This document shows, one piece after another, positions 58,858 to 64,000 of a DNA stretch of 64,000 nucleotides (position 1 is the stretch's first letter; the number at the start of each line of letters is the position of its first letter). A program made the position numbers and the translations under genes. Below the pieces are notes generated by a model that was given only the letters and a program-made list of their open reading frames with translations, had not been told where the DNA came from and ran no database searches. The DNA is taken from contig DATHMA010000158.1 of NCBI GenBank assembly GCA_035487555.1, positions 1,143-65,142 of the forward strand, in the 5' to 3' direction. The stretch is from Bradyrhizobium sp. (GTDB lineage Bacteria; Pseudomonadota; Alphaproteobacteria; Rhizobiales; Xanthobacteraceae).

Positions 58858-58930
58858 AACCCGTGGCCGCACCTTCGCATTCTCGCGGCACAAAATGCCC
58901 GAGTCTTGAAAGCCATCACCCCTCAAAAAT

Positions 58931-59320
58931 CAGAGGGCGCAGGGAAGGCCGGATGCTGGTTGCACCCGCGGCCCCGTGCGCAAGAGATAAGCACACGGGT
59001 TAGGCACCACAGGTTCAACCGGAGCGACCCGGCCTTCCCTGCGCGATCGGTGTTAACGGCTGCTTCGCGCTCTCCCTGGTGTGCCGGGCTTGTTAGCCAC
59101 CATCATCAGCGGGGTCATCGACCCGCAGACTTGATCTCAGCGTCGGGAGATCAGGACCACACGACTTCGCCGTCCGCTTTCGCCGCGTTCGTCAACTGCG
59201 CCGAAAGCGTCCATCGCATCCCGCACAACGTTCGTGACGACGCGTACGCCCCTCTGTGTGGGCGGGACGCGCGAAGAAGGACCACTGATTTGCCCGACGG
59301 GGCAAGCGAATATTTTTGCG
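58931..59320 (-). ncRNA. Large structured non-coding element (candidate ncRNA or dispersed repeat)
   Basis: No credible ORF; perfect 16-bp stem, several nested hairpins, G-U pairs work only on the minus strand. Confidence 0.6.
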
Positions 59321-59412
59321 CGGATGGGGTGATGCGGCGAAGCGGATTGAGATCGTTTGAGAATTAGTTTTTTGCGCGCAACGGAATTCAAGCCGCAATT
59401 CAACGCGCAGTG

Positions 59413-59493
59413 CGTAGGATGGGTTGAACGAAGTGAAACCCATCTTGCATGCCGAGAGAACGATGGGTTTCGCTGTGCTCAACCCATCCTACG
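59413..59493. repeat. GTAG-type REP doublet
   Basis: cgtaggatgggttga...gaaacccatc / gatgggtttc...tcaacccatcctacg. Confidence 0.88.
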
Positions 59494-59499
59494 ATTCGT

Positions 59500-60786
59500 T
59501 CACGACACCGTCACCATGCCGCTCCAGAACTGGTACTCGCCGCCGGTTTCGATCTCGGTATTGCCGGCAAACGTGAGCTTGCCGTCGGCGCCCACATGGA
59601 AGGTCGCGATGTTGGCGGGAATGGTCTTGAAGCCGGCCCCGTCGCGAACGAGCTTCGGCTCGTTGTCGGTCACCGCCAGCATGCGTGCGCCCGGATCGAG
59701 CGCGAAGGTACGCGGATAGATGCCGCGCACATCCTCGTTCTGGATCAGCGAGGGCTCACCGCTCGACGGGTCGATCGCAAACACCGCGATGTTGTTCTCC
59801 CCGCCGGGAAATACCTCCTTGCCGTCGACCTTTACGGTGTCGAAGGCGCGGTTAGCGAGATAGAGGAAGCGGCCGCTCGGCTGGAAATGCAGCGTGCAGG
59901 CGGCCTGGCGCGAGCGAATGTTGTTCGGGTCGGCGAGCGTATCCTTGACGAAGATCGGCTGCGGCTCGAGCCCGCCGCTTGTAAGCCGGTACACATCGAG
60001 CTTGTTCTCGCGCTCGCGCGACACATAGACCAGCGGCAAGGTAGGGTGAAAATCAAGATGACGCGGACCAAAACCGTAGCCACCGTTCGGCGCCACCGAC
60101 ACGCGATTTTCGAGCTGGCCGTCCTTGAACGCGAAGAGTTTTAGCGAGCCGGGGTCCTCCGGCTTGTCCTTAGTTTTGTCGTTGCCACGGCACACCAGGA
60201 TCGCGGCGTCGTTCGCCGGCGTCACGCGAATCTGATGCGCGAAGATTCCGCAATCGAGCGAGGCCGTCTGCACCACTTCTTCGCCGACGGTGCCGTCGGC
60301 ATTGATCCGATGCACCGAGACGCTGGAGGGGTTGTTATAGGCGACCAGCGCGAAGCGGCCGCTGTGATCGACATTCACATGGATCGGGCGCGAGCGCAGC
60401 GAAGCCGATGACCCGTGCATTTGCAGCTCGCCGCTGCTCTTGTCGATGCGAAGCGCGCTCAGATAATGCTTGTCGCCCTTGACCCCGAGCGATGAGGAGC
60501 CGCCATCGCTCGATCCGACATACAGAAACGGCGCCGACGGATGCGGCCAGGCATACTGCACCTTTTGCGGCAGCATCGCCGTGCCGCTGGGTGTGAGCGA
60601 CGCCTTCTCGGGATCGACGCGGTAGAGTTTCAGCGCGGGGCCGAGGCTGGCGTAGAAGAAGGTTTGACCGGTCGTCGCCTGGCTCATGGCCTCATCCTTT
60701 TCTTGTTTGCTTTTTTGACCCAAGGCGACCCGCGGCACAGCAAGCGCACCGGCAGCGATCGCGCAAAATTCGCGACGTCCAAGCAT
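59500..60786 (-). CDS. Lactonase-family beta-propeller (6-phosphogluconolactonase-like), Tat-exported
   Basis: GRREFC Tat motif; AHQI, GPRHLDFHP, YLANR, PRTFALDP. Confidence 0.85.
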   Translation of the reverse strand: MLGRREFCAIAAGALAVPRVALGQKSKQEKDEAMSQATTGQTFFYASLGPALKLYRVDPEKASLTPSGTAMLPQKVQYAWPHPSAPFLYVGSSDGGSSSLGVKGDKHYLSALRIDKSSGELQMHGSSASLRSRPIHVNVDHSGRFALVAYNNPSSVSVHRINADGTVGEEVVQTASLDCGIFAHQIRVTPANDAAILVCRGNDKTKDKPEDPGSLKLFAFKDGQLENRVSVAPNGGYGFGPRHLDFHPTLPLVYVSRERENKLDVYRLTSGGLEPQPIFVKDTLADPNNIRSRQAACTLHFQPSGRFLYLANRAFDTVKVDGKEVFPGGENNIAVFAIDPSSGEPSLIQNEDVRGIYPRTFALDPGARMLAVTDNEPKLVRDGAGFKTIPANIATFHVGADGKLTFAGNTEIETGGEYQFWSGMVTVS

Positions 60787-60884
60787 GGTGTGTTCTCCCG
60801 ATTGCCGCGCCGTTGTCCGGCGTCGGCGTTTTGGTGAGACATGTTACCACATTTCATAGACGTGCTACGATGGCTCTATCCTTT

Positions 60885-61282
60885 GTCATTCCGGGGCGAC
60901 GCGAAGCGTCGAGCCCGGAATCCATAACCACCGGCGGCAGTGATGGCCTATTTACGTCTATCTGCTTGCGAGCAAGAAACACGGCACACTCTATCTTGGC
61001 GTGACCAATGATCTCGAGCGGCGCGTATACGAGCATCGAACGAAGGCGACAAAAGGTTTCACTGCCCGATATGGCGTCGATAAACTGGTCTGGTTTGAAG
61101 TTTATGACGATGCCCTCACCGCCATTGTACGGGAGAAAGAGCTGAAGAAATGGCGGCGGGATTGGAAGATTCGGCTGATTGAAGAGCAGAACCCGGACTG
61201 GGGCGATCTCTATCCTGGGATATCCAGCTAAGGCTGTGGTTATGGATTCCGGGCTCGACGCTTCGCGTCGCCCCGGAATGAC
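60885..61282. mobile_element. REP-bounded GIY-YIG cassette with perfect 47-bp terminal inverted repeats
   Basis: 60885-60931 is the exact reverse complement of 61236-61282; encloses only the nuclease gene; mobility is inferred. Confidence 0.7.
60943..61231 (+). pseudogene. Small GIY-YIG nuclease (UPF0213/YhbQ-like), +1 frameshift after codon 3
   Basis: ATG GCC TAT T TAC GTC TAT; removing one T gives MAYYVYLLASKKHGTLYLGVTNDLERRVYEH...AIVREKELKKWRRDWKIRLIEEQNPDW. Confidence 0.85.
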
Positions 61283-61300
61283 GAGTGGAGATAGTAGGGC

Positions 61301-62440
61301 TCAATAGCTCCGCATCCGCGCTAGCTGATCGGCGTGGTAATTCGCGTCGCCGAACAGCTCTTCGCACACCCGCGCGCGCTTCATGAAGAAGCCGATGTCG
61401 AACTGGTCGGTCATGCCCATGCCGCCATGCATCTGCACGCCTTCCTGCACCGCGCGGGTGGCTGTGGTGCCGGCGCGGGCCTTGGCGACGGCGACGGCGT
61501 TCGCCGCTTTGTCGAAATTGCCATCCAGCATTTGCAGCGCTTTCAGCACGGCGGCGCGGGTGATCTCGATGTCGATATAGAGCTGCGCCGCGCGATGCTG
61601 CAGCGCCTGGAATTCGCCGATGGCCTTGCCGAACTGCTTGCGTTCTTTCAGGTAGTTCACGGTGCGGGAAAACACCTCTTCGCTCAAACCCACCATTTCG
61701 GAGGCGACCGCGCCGCGGCCGATATTGAGTACGCCTTCGAGCAGGCCAAAGCCGGCATCGACCTCGCCGAGCACGTGATCGGCATCGACCTCGACATTGG
61801 CGAAATCGATGCGCGCGGCGTTATGCGCGTCGACCAGGATGGTGCGCTCGGTGGCGATGCCTTTGCTCTTTGGATCGACCAGAAACAGCGTCACACCCTC
61901 GCGCTCACCGGCCGAGCCAGCGGTCCGTGCCGCGACGATCAGGAGATCGGCGACATGGCCGTCGACCACGAGCGCCTTGGCGCCGCTGAGCTTGAAGCCG
62001 TTGCCGGAGCGCACAGCCTTGAGCTCGGTCTGCAGCGGGCGATGTTTGGCGCCCTCATCGACCGCGAGCGAGGCCAGCAGCGAGCCGGCCGAAATCTTCG
62101 GCAGATATTCCGACTTCTGCGCGTTACTTCCGCCGCGCGACAAGGCCGACGCCGCCACCACCGCGGTCGACAGGAACGGCGACGGCATCAAGGTGCGGCC
62201 GATCTCCTCCATCACCACGCCGGCTTCGACACAGCCGAGCCCACTGCCGCCGTGCTCTTCGCCGACCAGGAGGCCAGCAAATCCCATGTCGGCAAACTCC
62301 TTCCAGAGCTCGCGGGAGAAGCCGGTGGCGTCCCTTGCGTCGCGCAGATGCCGAAGATGTGACACCGGCGCCTTGTCGCTGATAAGGCCGCGCGCGCTGT
62401 CGCGCAGCATTGATTGTTCTTCTGTGAGGACGAGGGCCAT
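61301..62440 (-). CDS. Acyl-CoA dehydrogenase (beta-type subunit)
   Basis: ERKQFGKAIGEFQALQHR, VQMHGGMG. Confidence 0.9.
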   Translation of the reverse strand: MALVLTEEQSMLRDSARGLISDKAPVSHLRHLRDARDATGFSRELWKEFADMGFAGLLVGEEHGGSGLGCVEAGVVMEEIGRTLMPSPFLSTAVVAASALSRGGSNAQKSEYLPKISAGSLLASLAVDEGAKHRPLQTELKAVRSGNGFKLSGAKALVVDGHVADLLIVAARTAGSAGEREGVTLFLVDPKSKGIATERTILVDAHNAARIDFANVEVDADHVLGEVDAGFGLLEGVLNIGRGAVASEMVGLSEEVFSRTVNYLKERKQFGKAIGEFQALQHRAAQLYIDIEITRAAVLKALQMLDGNFDKAANAVAVAKARAGTTATRAVQEGVQMHGGMGMTDQFDIGFFMKRARVCEELFGDANYHADQLARMRSY

Positions 62441-62474
62441 GATGTGCTTCCGCTTGTCGAATATCTATTGAGAT

Positions 62475-62575
62475 CGTCATTCCGGGATGGCCCGAAAGGC
62501 CAGGCCCGGAATCCATAACCACGGAGTGGGGTTATGGATTCCGGGCTCGCGACTGCGTCGCGCCCCGGAATGACG
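62475..62575. repeat. CGTC-type REP doublet (gtcattccgg family)
   Basis: cgtcattccggga...cccggaatccataacc / ggttatggattccggg...ccccggaatgacg. Confidence 0.88.
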
Positions 62576-62593
62576 GGTGGTGGTGCACCGCGA

Positions 62594-63778
<1,185 letters not shown>

Positions 63779-63929
63779 CAGACGTTTCCACTATAAAGAT
63801 CGTTACGCCGACCTTAGCCCGCGTGCGCAGGATTTCAATATGCCTCTGCACTGGCGGCGGGTGTCGCGCGCTCGCGCGATCGGCTATATCGGAGGCGCGG
63901 CAAGCATTGAAAAACAAGAGGAAACGAAG

Positions 63930-64000
63930 ATGAGGTTGAAGCTGCTTTCGCCAGGCGAAATGAACGCCGACCAGAAACAGACCTATGACGAGGCGATCGC
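63930..64000 (+). CDS. 5' end of a gene, possibly carboxymuconolactone decarboxylase family
   Basis: GAGG RBS, MRLKLLSPGEMNADQKQTYDEAI; truncated by the window edge. Confidence 0.5.
   Translation, partial: MRLKLLSPGEMNADQKQTYDEAI

Noticed and set aside
58774-59482. ORFs of 197, 88 and 96 aa across the repeat region
   Set aside because: Translate REP and structured-element sequence; no RBS or protein-like composition.
58769-59493. CRISPR array or tRNA/rRNA interpretation of the repeats
   Set aside because: No regularly spaced direct repeats, no cas genes, no cloverleaf or recognisable rRNA sequence.
60885-61282. Classical IS element
   Set aside because: No DDE or HUH transposase motifs and no evident target-site duplication (flanks cttt / gagt).

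Overview
High-GC alphaproteobacterial chromosome segment, very likely Bradyrhizobium (inferred from gene content and intergenic repeat families). Left to right: pstA'-pstC-pstS and phoR with a three-half-site Pho box; envelope genes; an aromatic-catabolism block (boxB, boxC, hydrolase, benzoate-CoA ligase, BoxR-type regulator with TGCA-N6-TGCA operators; IclR / Rieske oxygenase / glutamine-synthetase-like gene; aromatic-acid ABC importer); an ECF sigma module with twin back-to-back promoters facing an MFS gene; ndh; a sigma54-type nitrogen-scavenging cluster (atzF, GntR, atzH/E/G-like, peptide-type ABC); an accessory kinase/secreted caspase block; orphan binding proteins with a kinase-kinase-regulator relay and an EcfQ-like sigma; cydAB; L,D-transpeptidase; aapJ; lactonase; an acyl-CoA dehydrogenase pair. 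At least 12 short palindromic REP/RIME-like repeats fill the intergenic spaces. The two most unusual objects are (i) a 398-bp cassette (60885-61282) with a small, frameshifted GIY-YIG nuclease gene between two perfect 47-bp inverted REP arms, whose 'empty' REP doublets occur at 34088 and 62475, and (ii) a ~390-nt non-coding, heavily base-paired element (58931-59320) whose G-U pairs point to a minus-strand structured RNA with a possible pseudoknot. Product calls come from motif recognition by eye; no searches were run.
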